A DNA stretch of 64,000 nt. Origin: a virus. The stretch is taken from positions 47,095-111,094 of IMG/VR virus record IMGVR_UViG_3300008267_000007. One strand, written 5' to 3'. The notes beneath the pieces are model-generated. The model saw only the letters and a list, made by a program, of their open reading frames with translations. It was not told the DNA's origin and made no database searches. Shown here in pieces: positions 48,980 to 59,843 of this stretch; position 1 is the stretch's first letter; every line of letters starts with the position of its first letter. The translations under genes and the position numbers were made by a program.

Positions 48980-49596
48980 TGAGTAAATCATTATTAATAG
49001 AATACGCTCTATTCACCCCTAAATCCGCAGTATTAACTGAGGGTAAGGGTGATAGAAATTTAATGGTTGAAGGTGTAATTCAAAGAGCTGACTCTAAAAA
49101 CCAAAATGGTAGAGTTTACCCTAAAGATATTCTTGAAAGGGAAGTTGAAAAATATATCCAAGGACCAGTTACCGAAAATAGAGCTTTAGGTGAATTAGAT
49201 CACCCAGAATCTATGGTAATTAACCTAAAAAATGTATCCCACAACATCAAAAAATTATGGTGGAATGGAGATGATTTAATGGGTAAAGTGGAAGTACTAC
49301 CAACACCTTCAGGTAACATTTTAAAAGAATTGTTTTTAAATAAAATTACTGTAGGTATTTCATCTCGTGGTATGGGCTCTGTTCAATCATTAGGAGAAGG
49401 TACAGTAGAAGTACAAGATGATTTTGAATTGCTTTGTTGGGATTTTGTTTCAACTCCATCAACACAAGGGGCTTTTATGACACCAACAGGATTAAGTGAG
49501 GGATATAAACCCCAACATAATAACAAATACTCAAAAATAAATACATTAGTATCAGACATCATCTGTTCCCAATCAGGTGTATGTTGTATAAGATAA
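48979..49596 (+). CDS. gp21: Prohead core protease (T4 gp21-like)
   Basis: NQNGRVYP, LGELDHP, SH.I, TP.G, GISSRG.G, DFV..PS. Confidence 0.95.
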   Translation: MSKSLLIEYALFTPKSAVLTEGKGDRNLMVEGVIQRADSKNQNGRVYPKDILEREVEKYIQGPVTENRALGELDHPESMVINLKNVSHNIKKLWWNGDDLMGKVEVLPTPSGNILKELFLNKITVGISSRGMGSVQSLGEGTVEVQDDFELLCWDFVSTPSTQGAFMTPTGLSEGYKPQHNNKYSKINTLVSDIICSQSGVCCIR

Positions 49597-49628
49597 ATAA
49601 CCACCCTCCTTCTACATTTATGTAGAGC

Positions 49629-49664
49629 AATGCACTCCTTAAAAAAGAGTGCATTTTTTGTTTT
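49629..49664 (+). terminator. Intrinsic terminator
   Basis: AATGCACTC-CTTAAAAAA-GAGTGCATT-TTTTG. Confidence 0.8.
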
Positions 49665-49775
49665 CCCCCTAATATTTATGGATATCTTAATGATAGATTA
49701 TCTTAATATAATCTCCCTCAAATAAAAAATTCTATATTACTTCTCAATAAGTAATCACAATCAAAAAACAATTTT

Positions 49776-50729
49776 ATGTCAAACACAAACACTAAAATTT
49801 TTAGTGAAGCAATTGCTGAAGCTAAATCTATTAGAGAAACAGCAATGGCCAACGCCAAGCTAGCACTTGAAGAAGCTTTCGCTCCTCGTATGCAAGAAAT
49901 GATGTCTTCTAGATTAGAAGCCTTAGCTGAAGACGACGAAGAAATAGAAGAAAATTTCAAAAAATCAAATGGTGAAATGCCTGGAGATGAGCCAATTGAA
50001 GAAATTTCATTAGAAGAACTTTTAGCTGAACTTGAAGCACTTGAAGAAGGTGAAGAGGAAGGTCACGAAGAAGAGAAAATGGAAGAAAACCAAATCTTCG
50101 AAGAAGCTGAAGATGACGACACAGTAGGAGAAATTACAGTTGAGGATCTTAAAGACATCGTCAGAGAAGTAGTTTCAGACCTAATGGGTAGTTCAGAAGA
50201 AGAAGCTCCAGAAGAAGAAGAAGGTGAAGAGGAAGAAGCAGGTGAAGAAGAAGCTCCTGAAATGGAAGATGAATTCAATCTTGAAGAAATCCTAGCTGAA
50301 ATTGAATTAGAAGAAGCAGCTGCACACGAAGCTGGTGAAGCTAAAATTCAAGAAAAAGTTGAAGATGATAAAGTTAATGAAGAATTAGAAGAGGCAATGA
50401 ACACTATCGCTACTTTACGTTCTGAATTAAACGAAGTTAATCTTTTGAATGCTAAATTACTTTACGTTAACAAGTTATTCAAATCTAAGAATTTAACAGA
50501 AGCTCAAAAAGTAAAAGTAATTAACGCTTTTGATAGAGCTGAAACAGTTAAAGAAACTAAGAATATTTTTGAAACGTTACAAGAATCTCTAAACGTAGCA
50601 CCAGCTAAGAATTCCATAAAAGAATCTCTTTCATACGCTTCTAAACCAGTTGGAGTTGCTGATAGAAAACCAATCGTTGAAAACAATGATTTTATGTTAA
50701 GAATGCAAAAACTTGCAGGAATTATTTAA
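49776..50729 (+). CDS. Prohead scaffolding/core protein (gp22-like position)
   Basis: Very acidic coiled-coil protein between protease and capsid genes; many L/I-x-E sites. Confidence 0.8.
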   Translation: MSNTNTKIFSEAIAEAKSIRETAMANAKLALEEAFAPRMQEMMSSRLEALAEDDEEIEENFKKSNGEMPGDEPIEEISLEELLAELEALEEGEEEGHEEEKMEENQIFEEAEDDDTVGEITVEDLKDIVREVVSDLMGSSEEEAPEEEEGEEEEAGEEEAPEMEDEFNLEEILAEIELEEAAAHEAGEAKIQEKVEDDKVNEELEEAMNTIATLRSELNEVNLLNAKLLYVNKLFKSKNLTEAQKVKVINAFDRAETVKETKNIFETLQESLNVAPAKNSIKESLSYASKPVGVADRKPIVENNDFMLRMQKLAGII

Positions 50730-50765
50730 AAAATTAAAAACTAAAAACTAAAAAAACACATTACT

Positions 50766-52412
50766 ATGTCAAACATGATTAATTCATTATTAGAGACATC
50801 TAACCCTTACCAATCAGTACAAAAAGACGCTAGCAGATTAGCATCTAAATGGGGTAAGTCAGGTCTTTTAGAAGGTATTTCTAACGAAACAGATAAGTCT
50901 AACATGGCTATCATCTTAGAAAACCAAGCAAAACAATTAGTAGTAGAATCTTCTTCTACTGGAACAGGTGGTACTTTTACTGCTGGAACAGGTGAGCAAT
51001 ATGCTGCTGTAGCATTACCATTAGTACGTAAAGTATTTGGTCAAATCGCTGCTAAAGAATTTGTTTCTGTTCAACCAATGAGCTTACCAGCTGGTTTGGT
51101 ATTCTTCTTAGATTTCCAATACGGATCTAGCGTAAAACCATTTACTAGCGGTGATTCACTTTATGGTACTCCTTCAGCTAACTTTGGTAACGAAGCAGCA
51201 GGTGGTTTATATGGTGCAGGTAGATTTGGATACTCAGTTAACGAATTCTCAGCTTCAGATGCTGTAGTTTCTGGTTCAGAAATTGCTATCTCAACTGCGT
51301 TCTCTGATGTTAACTATACAGCAGAATTATCAGCTTCTTTTGTAAATTCTCAAATTCTTAAAGTATTAGTAGCTACATCATCTTTATCAGGATTTGATGT
51401 TAACGCTGTTAGATCATTCATTCCTACATCAGGATCATTCCAAGCTGCTAACTTACTTCCAGCATTTACTAAAGTAAATGGTGCTAATATTGAGTTCTTC
51501 TTTACAGGTTCAGCTACTGGAACTATCACAACTGGAAGTAACACTTTCACAGTATACTACAGCAAAGGTCCTAGAGATAACTCAAGAGGTGATTTCGAAG
51601 ATGCTTCTGGAGCAGGTTTCCCTAACGCACAATCTAACACTGAAATCGCTATTCCTGAAATCAATGTTCAAATGCGTTCAGAGGCTATCGTTGCGAAAAC
51701 TCGTAAATTGAAAGCACAATGGACACCAGAATTCTCTCAAGATCTTAATGCATTCCATTCACTTGATGCTGAAGCTGAATTGACTTCTATCTTATCAGAG
51801 TATATCTCATTAGAGATTGATCTTGAAATCTTAGATATGTTGATCCAAAACGTTCCAACAAACCAAGTTGAAGTATGGTCTGCTAAAGTAGGTAACCAAC
51901 TTAACAATGCTAAAACAGGATTTGATGCTAATACATCTGGTGTATACTACACTCAAATGTCTTGGTTCCAAACTCTTGGAATTAAATTGCAAAAAATCTC
52001 TAACACTATTCACCAAAGAACTTTAAGAGGTGGTGCTAACTTCATCGTTATTTCTCCAACTGTTGCTACTATCTTGGAATCTATTCCTGGATTTGCTGCT
52101 GATACAGATGGTGATTCAGCTAAAATGACTTACGCATTTGGTGTTCAGAAAATTGGTCAATTAAACTCTAGATATAAAGTTTATAAAAACCCATACATGA
52201 CAGAAAACACTATCTTGATGGGATTCAGAGGTAACCAATTCTTGGAATCAGGTGCAGTTTATGCTCCATACGTTCCGTTGATCATGACTCCATTAGTATA
52301 CGATCCAGCTACCTTCACACCAAGAAAAGGTATTATGACTCGTTACGCTAAGAAAATGGTACGTCCGGAATTCTACGGTAAAGTATTAGTTGCTGATTTA
52401 AATGCAATCTAA
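50766..52412 (+). CDS. gp23: Major capsid protein (T4 gp23-like)
   Basis: LENQ, VQPM..P.GL.F, RKLKA.WT.E..QDL.A.H, YAPYVPL, P..G..TRY. Confidence 0.97.
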   Translation: MSNMINSLLETSNPYQSVQKDASRLASKWGKSGLLEGISNETDKSNMAIILENQAKQLVVESSSTGTGGTFTAGTGEQYAAVALPLVRKVFGQIAAKEFVSVQPMSLPAGLVFFLDFQYGSSVKPFTSGDSLYGTPSANFGNEAAGGLYGAGRFGYSVNEFSASDAVVSGSEIAISTAFSDVNYTAELSASFVNSQILKVLVATSSLSGFDVNAVRSFIPTSGSFQAANLLPAFTKVNGANIEFFFTGSATGTITTGSNTFTVYYSKGPRDNSRGDFEDASGAGFPNAQSNTEIAIPEINVQMRSEAIVAKTRKLKAQWTPEFSQDLNAFHSLDAEAELTSILSEYISLEIDLEILDMLIQNVPTNQVEVWSAKVGNQLNNAKTGFDANTSGVYYTQMSWFQTLGIKLQKISNTIHQRTLRGGANFIVISPTVATILESIPGFAADTDGDSAKMTYAFGVQKIGQLNSRYKVYKNPYMTENTILMGFRGNQFLESGAVYAPYVPLIMTPLVYDPATFTPRKGIMTRYAKKMVRPEFYGKVLVADLNAI

Positions 52413-52436
52413 GAATAACCAATTCTTAATATTAAG

Positions 52437-52465
52437 AGACCTAGCGCAAGCTAGGTCTTTTTTTT
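52437..52465 (+). terminator. Intrinsic terminator after capsid gene
   Basis: AGACCTAGC-GCAA-GCTAGGTCT-TTTTTTT. Confidence 0.9.
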
Positions 52466-52507
52466 GTTTATTTGCTATATTTATGTTAAATCAAACGTTA
52501 TTAACTT

Positions 52508-53194
52508 ATGGCTTCAAACCATCACACAGATGAAGTTTTCACGCAAAAGAGAAAACCAAAAACTCCAATCAAATTTAATTTAGTTCTTAACGAAGAACAA
52601 AAACAAGCAAAAGCGATTATTTTAGAGAATCCAGTAACCGTCTTAAAAGGGATGGCTGGAAGTGGGAAAACACTTGTAGCAGTACAAGCAGCATTAGATT
52701 TACTATTCAACAAAGAAATAGAAAAGATAGTTATAACAAGACCAACCGTATCTAAGGAAGAAATAGGATTTCTACCAGGAGATATAAAAGAAAAGATGGA
52801 TCCTTGGTTAGCACCAATTTATCATAACTTATATGCTTTATACAATAAAGACAAAGTTGATAAAGAATTAGAGAATGGAAACATAGAAATTGTACCATTT
52901 GCTTTTATGAGAGGACGTACATTCTTAAACTCATTTGTAATTGTAGATGAGGCACAGAACGTAACTCACGATCAAATGGAAACAGTTATTGGAAGGTTAG
53001 GTAAAAATTCTAAGATGGCAATTTGTGGGGATATGGCCCAAATTGATTTAAAAATAAAAAAAGAAACAGGTTTCTCTTTCTTATCAAGAATTGAAGAACA
53101 AGTAGTAGGATTTAGAGTATTTGAATTAAAACAAAACCACAGACACGAGATCGTATCTCCAATCTTAAAAGTATATCAAGAATTTAGAGATTAA
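52508..53194 (+). CDS. phoH: PhoH-family ATPase
   Basis: G.AGSGKT, GFLPG, RGRT, DEAQN, GD..Q.D. Confidence 0.95.
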   Translation: MASNHHTDEVFTQKRKPKTPIKFNLVLNEEQKQAKAIILENPVTVLKGMAGSGKTLVAVQAALDLLFNKEIEKIVITRPTVSKEEIGFLPGDIKEKMDPWLAPIYHNLYALYNKDKVDKELENGNIEIVPFAFMRGRTFLNSFVIVDEAQNVTHDQMETVIGRLGKNSKMAICGDMAQIDLKIKKETGFSFLSRIEEQVVGFRVFELKQNHRHEIVSPILKVYQEFRD

Positions 53195-53227
53195 TCATCT
53201 CTTAATATTTATATTAAATAATACAAC

Positions 53228-54394
53228 ATGGCTAATTCACAATTATGGACAGGAACTGCCACCTTTACTCAAGGCTCGGCAACTTCATTTGGATTTTATG
53301 ACAACGATTTTCAATTCCAGCAGGACGCTGTACGTGTAGCAAAATTTTGTGCTACCCGTTTAGGGTACCCTTCAATGGACGTTGAAATGGGAAGTGGTTC
53401 ATTCTTTACTTGTTTTGAAGAAGCTGTAACTACATATGGGAATGAGCTCTACTTGTATCAAATCAGAAATAATTTTTTATCTCTAGAAGCTAACCCCAAT
53501 GATGTTGTACTTAATGATAAGGTTATAACACCATCATTAGGTAATTTAATTAGAATGGCTCAAGACTATGGTAGTGAAGCTGGTGTAGGAGGTAATACAG
53601 CCTACTACACAGGTTCTATAGATATGGCAGCGGGGGTTCAAGACTATGATTTAAAAGCATGGGCTTCATCTTCTGGAGTAATATCACCTGATGATTCAAT
53701 TGAGATAAAAACCATATTCTACGAAAACGCCCCAGCTATTGTTCGTTATTTTGACCCATATGCTGGTACAGGATACGGTTCACAACAATTATTAGACGCC
53801 TTTGGGTTTGGTAATAAATCTCCTGCTATTAACTTTATGTTAATGCCTTTAAATTATGATATCGGTACTATTCAAGCAATTGAACTGAATGACCAAATTA
53901 GGAGATCAGCATTTTCATTTCAAATTGTAAACAACAAACTAAAAATCTTTCCTATTCCTACATCTGATAAAAGATTATTCTTTGAATATATCAAAGTATC
54001 AGAACGTAATAGTGTTGTTGCGACAAACGGGCCAGGATCAGGCGATAACTTAATTACAGATATATCTAATGTACCCTATAATAACCCTACTTATTCCAAC
54101 ATAAATGCGCCTGGAAGATACTGGATATTTGAATACACATTAGCATTAGCAGCAGAAACATTAGCCTTTATTAGAGGTAAATACACACAAGTACCTATCC
54201 CTGGAGCTGAAGTAACTTTGAATCAAGCTGATTTATTAGGTAAAGCAAAAGACTTACAGTTAGCATTAATTGAAAAGTTAAGAGCTGATTTAGATGAATC
54301 ATCACGTAAGATGCAATTAGAAAGAAAAAAGGCTGAAAATGATGCTATGCAATCTACATTACAGAATATCCCCATGAATATCTTCATAGGCTAA
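53228..54394 (+). CDS. Neck/head-completion protein (gp13-like)
   Basis: RLGYP..DVE, W..EY.LA, RGKY...IPG..VTLN. Confidence 0.8.
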   Translation: MANSQLWTGTATFTQGSATSFGFYDNDFQFQQDAVRVAKFCATRLGYPSMDVEMGSGSFFTCFEEAVTTYGNELYLYQIRNNFLSLEANPNDVVLNDKVITPSLGNLIRMAQDYGSEAGVGGNTAYYTGSIDMAAGVQDYDLKAWASSSGVISPDDSIEIKTIFYENAPAIVRYFDPYAGTGYGSQQLLDAFGFGNKSPAINFMLMPLNYDIGTIQAIELNDQIRRSAFSFQIVNNKLKIFPIPTSDKRLFFEYIKVSERNSVVATNGPGSGDNLITDISNVPYNNPTYSNINAPGRYWIFEYTLALAAETLAFIRGKYTQVPIPGAEVTLNQADLLGKAKDLQLALIEKLRADLDESSRKMQLERKKAENDAMQSTLQNIPMNIFIG

Positions 54395-55062
54395 TGGTAT
54401 ATTTAATCTACATAACTACTAACTTAATAAATGGGAAAAAATATATAGGTTCGCATTTAACTTCTAATATTAATGACAATTATTTAGGAAGTGGGGTTAT
54501 TTTAAAGAAAGCTATTGAAAAGTATGGTAAATCTAATTTTCAACGTGAAATTCTAGCTCAATTAGATAACATTGGTGATATGAAAGAATTAGAAGAATAT
54601 TATATTGAATATTATAATGCTTACAATTCAAATTTATTTTATAACGCTACTAAGTATGCCGCGGGTATTACTAAATGCACTTGGGGTGATAAAATAAGTA
54701 AGAGTATGATGGGTCATACCTTTAATTTAGGTAAAACCCAATCCCAAGATACTAAAAACAAAATTAGTAAGTCTAATAATGGTAAAACTCGTTCTAAAGA
54801 ATTTAAATTGAATAGAAGTAAACAAATGTTAGGAAACACTTGTGCTTTAGGTAATAAATTATCTCTAGAGACCTGCAATTTAATAAGTAAAAATAAATCA
54901 AAACCCATAATCCAATATTCTATCAATTTAGATTTTATAAAAGAATGGCCTAGTACTATTGAAGTATCTAATATTTTGAAAATTGATGGGGCGGGTATAT
55001 CTAATGTTCTAAATGGGAAGAGAAAAACTGCTGGTGGATTTATTTGGAAATTTAAAAAATAA
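54394..55062 (+). mobile_element. Free-standing GIY-YIG homing endonuclease with NUMOD3-like repeats and NUMOD1 HTH
   Basis: IY.TTNLINGKKYIG, YLGSG, KYG..NF.REIL; S..TK.KIS repeats; RKTAGGF.W. Confidence 0.88.
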
Positions 55063-55067
55063 TTAAA

Positions 55068-55565
55068 ATGGCATATTTTGGACGAAGTCGCGACATCAGT
55101 ATGTTCTCAAACATCAACAATGAATTGTTGGGGCAAGTTATAGAACAAAAAGTAGGATACTATCAAGTAATATTAGATGAAACCCCACCAAACATATATG
55201 GTGAGAGTTTAAGTAAAAAATATAGTGGTCCAGTATTAATAACATGTTTATTAGAAAGAGGTGATACTACACCCCTAACTGATGATTTTGGTATGGATGT
55301 TGAGAGAAAATTAACAGTAAGATTCTTCCAACCCCATTTAATAAAAGCTAATGTAGAACCTTCAATAGGTGATGTTATTCTTTGGAATGAGGATTACTAT
55401 GAAGTAAATAACGTTAATGAGAACCAATTAGTAGTAGGTAAAGACCCACTATACGCTTACACAGACGAAAATGGTGTACCGGATGCAGGTACTAGTTTAT
55501 CTATAATATTAGAATGTTTCTATGTGCGCCCAGAAAAAGTAGGAATAAGAGAAAACCGATTATAA
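55068..55565 (+). CDS. Neck/head-closure protein (gp14-like)
   Basis: Position after gp13-like gene; N.YGE, FG.D, P..GD.I...YYEV. Confidence 0.72.
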   Translation: MAYFGRSRDISMFSNINNELLGQVIEQKVGYYQVILDETPPNIYGESLSKKYSGPVLITCLLERGDTTPLTDDFGMDVERKLTVRFFQPHLIKANVEPSIGDVILWNEDYYEVNNVNENQLVVGKDPLYAYTDENGVPDAGTSLSIILECFYVRPEKVGIRENRL

Positions 55566-55566
55566 A

Positions 55567-56442
55567 ATGGATTTTAAACCAACACCTCTAAATAAACGAG
55601 AATTTTTAACTAGCCTCTCAGAGCCTTATCAGCAACCTGAGAAGGATATTCAACCTTATTCAAATCCTAATTCTACTTTTTCTCAAAATGCTCAACCTGG
55701 GCAACCCAACTTTAATAGAGCTGAACAAACATCTTTAAAGGGAGATGACAGTAAAACTATTAATATTACTTTAGAGGACCATGATAATACTGTATTATAT
55801 TACTTAGAAAATGTAATCAAACCCACGGTAACTCAAAACGATAAACAAATAACAGTCCCAGTTATATATGGTTCACCGGAAAGATGGAAGTCGATACAAT
55901 ACGACGGTTTTTATCGTGATAAAAATGGTAAAACCATGGTTCCATTAATCATGTTTAAAAGAGAATCATTTGAGAAAAATAGAAATCTAGGTAATAAATT
56001 AGATGGTAATTTAGTTCATAATGTTCAATATTTTGAAAAGGGGTACTCAAGACGAAATGTGTATGATAATTTTGATGTATTAAACAATCAAAAACCCCAA
56101 AAAGAATACATTTTAGGTATTATACCTGATTATATTACTATAACCTATAAATTATCTATATTTACAGATTATATCCAACAAATGAACCCAATAATAGAAG
56201 CATTAGAATTTTCATCAGATTCATATTGGGGTGATCCTGAAAAATTTCTATTTAGAGCATCAATTACATCTTTTCCTACTCCAACATTGTTAGAAAACTC
56301 CACAGACAGAGCTAGTAAAAGTGAATTAACACTTACCTTGCAAGGGTATATTATACCTAAAACTATAAATGTTGCTCAAGCCGGGCCAAACCCTAAATCT
56401 TATAATGTAACTAAAACTACATTCACCGAAAGGATTATATAA
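55567..56442 (+). CDS. Tail terminator/sheath stabilizer (gp15-like)
   Basis: VP.IYG.PE.W, P.I...R, Y.L.I.T...QMN.IIE. Confidence 0.72.
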   Translation: MDFKPTPLNKREFLTSLSEPYQQPEKDIQPYSNPNSTFSQNAQPGQPNFNRAEQTSLKGDDSKTINITLEDHDNTVLYYLENVIKPTVTQNDKQITVPVIYGSPERWKSIQYDGFYRDKNGKTMVPLIMFKRESFEKNRNLGNKLDGNLVHNVQYFEKGYSRRNVYDNFDVLNNQKPQKEYILGIIPDYITITYKLSIFTDYIQQMNPIIEALEFSSDSYWGDPEKFLFRASITSFPTPTLLENSTDRASKSELTLTLQGYIIPKTINVAQAGPNPKSYNVTKTTFTERII

Positions 56443-56518
56443 CTAAACCAAGTTCCTTTATGCTTTTTAATATTTATTGAGGAGATAATACATCTTTCCC
56501 AATAAAACATAAAAATTA

Positions 56519-57604
56519 ATGGCAAAAATTAGTACAACAGGTATAGGTAGTGGTAGCATTATCTACCCAGAACATGTTCTAAGACCTATTGAAGCTCTTA
56601 GAGGAGATACTGGTTACGATTTTGTAATATCCGGATCTCTACTAGTATCCGCTTCTACAGTTCAAATAAAAACATTATTACAAAATAATCAAGTAAGTGC
56701 TATTGTAGGGTACAACACTTCATCAGGAGATCTATACTACACTACAGGTAGTTATGCAGGTCCTGCAGGACCATCAGGTTCAGCCGGCCCTTCTGGTTCA
56801 GCTGGAGCACCGGGCCCTTCAGGCTCAGCAGGTAATGGTATTGATGATGTAGTAAATAATGGAGATGGAACTCTTACATTTGTCTTCACCGACTCAACTT
56901 CCTATACTACTCCCAATCTAACAGGACCTTCAGGTTCAGCGGGTCCACAAGGACCTCCAGGAACCGCGATATTAAATGGTTTAGATGTTTATAATTCCCA
57001 AACGCGATATGTAGCTTATTCAGGTTCATCTGCAGAAAGAGTAGAAATTCTATCTACTGCTGATAACTTTACACGAAAAGTGTGGTCTCGTTCTTCAACT
57101 ACATTAACCATAGCAGCTACTTCACATAGTTTATCAAATGGTGATTATGTAGTAGTAAGAAACGCTAGTATCGATTACACATACGCTCCTCTCTCAGTAA
57201 TAGATGCACATAATTTCTCAATTACTGTACCTAATTCAGGAGGAACATCAGGAACTTTAGCATCATATACACCAGCATTTAAAGTAACAGGTTTCTCTCA
57301 AGGAGGTATAACAATTGTTGCTCCTGCTACAGGTAGTGCACAAGTTAATTCAATAAATGTATCTACTGGGATTAAGTCTACTTCAACATTTCTATTAATC
57401 CTACCTAACTCTATAAGTAATGGTGCAGGATCTAATGATAACTTGATTACACAAAACCCACCAATACTTCAAGCCTATAGATTAAGTAATGGTACTTTAA
57501 TTAACACTGCTGCTCTTACTTTAAACACTTCAAATAATTTTAATCAATTTAATATAGGAGGTTTAGCGTCTTTGGTAAACAATTTAATTAGATTTACATT
57601 CTAA
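56519..57604 (+). CDS. Fibre protein with short collagen-like (G-X-Y) repeats
   Basis: GPAGPSGSAGPSGSAGAPGPSGSAG and GPSGSAGPQGPPG. Confidence 0.78.
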   Translation: MAKISTTGIGSGSIIYPEHVLRPIEALRGDTGYDFVISGSLLVSASTVQIKTLLQNNQVSAIVGYNTSSGDLYYTTGSYAGPAGPSGSAGPSGSAGAPGPSGSAGNGIDDVVNNGDGTLTFVFTDSTSYTTPNLTGPSGSAGPQGPPGTAILNGLDVYNSQTRYVAYSGSSAERVEILSTADNFTRKVWSRSSTTLTIAATSHSLSNGDYVVVRNASIDYTYAPLSVIDAHNFSITVPNSGGTSGTLASYTPAFKVTGFSQGGITIVAPATGSAQVNSINVSTGIKSTSTFLLILPNSISNGAGSNDNLITQNPPILQAYRLSNGTLINTAALTLNTSNNFNQFNIGGLASLVNNLIRFTF

Positions 57605-57617
57605 AAACTATACTCTA

Positions 57618-59828
57618 ATGGCATATGTGAATCAACAATTCTTTGGGGCTGTAACTGCTGATGATATCATCAAAGAAAACTTAATCGTTATCACAGGTAG
57701 TATTACAACTAACTCTAATACTATTACTAACGCTTCAGCCTTAAATACTTACGATTTTAATTTATTAAGAGTATCTCAATCTGTATATTCATTATCCAAT
57801 GGTATCACCTCTTCTGCTTATATTACAAATATAAGTGGTAGTACTATAACATTATCTAAGACTTCATCTTTAACCCAAGGGGATACAATAGGATTTAGCA
57901 CCCCACCAGGAACCTATTTTTTTAAATCTGCTAGTTTTACAGATCCTAACAATCTTATAACAGTAAACGATATTTCGGGTAGTGATTTTGGTAAAGATTA
58001 TGCTGTAGTAGCTCAAGCCCAAAGAGATAATTCATTAATTACAGGTCGATTCCACTTATATAAAATATCTGAAGTAACTCACAGATCAGCAGCAGATTCA
58101 CACTTATCATTTTTTGTAGAGTGGGGAGAACCTTATACTGAAGCTGAATCTGGAGATATTATTAGATTAGATGGTAAAAATTTAGCTATAGTAGATTTAA
58201 CAGACTTAAGTTCTCTATCCCCAGAATTCTCCAGAGAAATTCCAGGAATGGAAAATATCCCTATTGGTAGTGACTCAGCAGCTTGGAATATTGCTTTAAA
58301 TAATTATTTGGAAGCACTTGAAACTTCATTTACACCCATAGCTGACTTTAATTCATTTACTTCATCATATAATACCGGTTCATTTACAGGAAGTTTTATA
58401 GGAAGTGGGGCAGGTTTATATAATATATCAGCTTCAGGAATTATAGGATTAAACTTATCACAGATATCATCAGGTTCTGTATCAGCGAGTATATCCCCTC
58501 AAAATGGATTACAAGTTAATACAAACGTAACTGCAACTTCGTTCACAGGTTCATTTTCAGGTTCAGGAGAGAATCTATATAATATACCAGCCTCAGGAAT
58601 AACAGGACTAAATCTATCACAAATATCATCAGGAAGTGTATCCGCAAGTATCTCACCAGATAGTGGAGTACAAATCAATACAAATGTAACTGCAACATCA
58701 TTTACCGGAAGTTTATTTGGAACGGCATCTTATGCACAAACTGCATCAGTAGCGCCAAACTATTTACCCCTAACTGGAGGAACTATTGCCGGTTCATTAA
58801 TAGTACAAAATAACTTAACAGTACTAGGATCAGCCTCAATACAATATATATCAGAATCAACACTTAATATTGGTACAAATTTAATTACAGTAAACACTTT
58901 TAATCCCTCAATAAGATTTGGAGGACTAGCAGTAATAGATTCTGGATCATCACCAACTGTCTCAGCATCCTTTCTGTATGATTCATTACAAGATGAATTT
59001 ATATTTGTACATAAGGGGACATCAACAAGTGCTATAACATCATCACACTTTATATTAGGCCCAGAAACCTATAATGATATGGGTAATGAGTTATACATAT
59101 CACAAAATAGATTACCAAAAGGAGTTGGAAATGAACACTTAAACGATAGTAATATTACAGATGATGGAACAGTAGTATCCATCAATAGTAATACTCAAGT
59201 AACGGGTTCATTAACTGTAACTGAAGGTATAACCGGTTCACTATTTGGTACTGCTTCACATGCTATAAATCAATTAGTAACTTCTTCACTTATTGATTCT
59301 TATATAGGAACTAGAATTTTTCCAACAAGTACTACTTCAAATGGATTTGCAGTTGATAGAGATGTAAATGGAGCTGTAGGACTAGTAATTAGAAATTCAG
59401 ATACAAGTGGTAATGGAGCTTATAGTGCAGTGTCACTTTCACCATCAGGAAGTTGGTACAATAGTGGGACTTCTTTAATATATTTTAATGATGGGTATTA
59501 TGTAACTTCTTTAAGAAACACAGGAGGTATATTTTCAAGTGTAAATAGTAATATATTACTATTAAATAATAAAGATTTTTCTGTACAAACCGGAGCTACC
59601 CTAACTACTCTTTCAACTAAATTCAAAGTCAGTGGAAGCGGTAATGTATATATACCATTAGGTGATTTAGAAATTACAGGATCATTAAGAGTATCAGGAT
59701 CAATAACAGGTTCACTATTCGGAACAGCATCTTATGCTTTAAACGGGTTAAGCAGTTCATACTCAATAAATTCAACAAGCGCATCATACGCAGTAACTGC
59801 AAGTTTTATAGACGGAGGTTATTACTAA
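57618..59828 (+). CDS. Tail fibre-like protein with TGSLFGTAS repeats
   Basis: 53-aa tandem duplication (about 58380-58697); ends IDGGYY. Confidence 0.78.
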   Translation: MAYVNQQFFGAVTADDIIKENLIVITGSITTNSNTITNASALNTYDFNLLRVSQSVYSLSNGITSSAYITNISGSTITLSKTSSLTQGDTIGFSTPPGTYFFKSASFTDPNNLITVNDISGSDFGKDYAVVAQAQRDNSLITGRFHLYKISEVTHRSAADSHLSFFVEWGEPYTEAESGDIIRLDGKNLAIVDLTDLSSLSPEFSREIPGMENIPIGSDSAAWNIALNNYLEALETSFTPIADFNSFTSSYNTGSFTGSFIGSGAGLYNISASGIIGLNLSQISSGSVSASISPQNGLQVNTNVTATSFTGSFSGSGENLYNIPASGITGLNLSQISSGSVSASISPDSGVQINTNVTATSFTGSLFGTASYAQTASVAPNYLPLTGGTIAGSLIVQNNLTVLGSASIQYISESTLNIGTNLITVNTFNPSIRFGGLAVIDSGSSPTVSASFLYDSLQDEFIFVHKGTSTSAITSSHFILGPETYNDMGNELYISQNRLPKGVGNEHLNDSNITDDGTVVSINSNTQVTGSLTVTEGITGSLFGTASHAINQLVTSSLIDSYIGTRIFPTSTTSNGFAVDRDVNGAVGLVIRNSDTSGNGAYSAVSLSPSGSWYNSGTSLIYFNDGYYVTSLRNTGGIFSSVNSNILLLNNKDFSVQTGATLTTLSTKFKVSGSGNVYIPLGDLEITGSLRVSGSITGSLFGTASYALNGLSSSYSINSTSASYAVTASFIDGGYY

Positions 59829-59843
59829 AAATAAATTAAATCT

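Noticed and set aside
53228-55565. Group I intron around the GIY-YIG gene
   Set aside because: Flanking genes appear complete and abut the ORF; no non-coding space for intron core elements.
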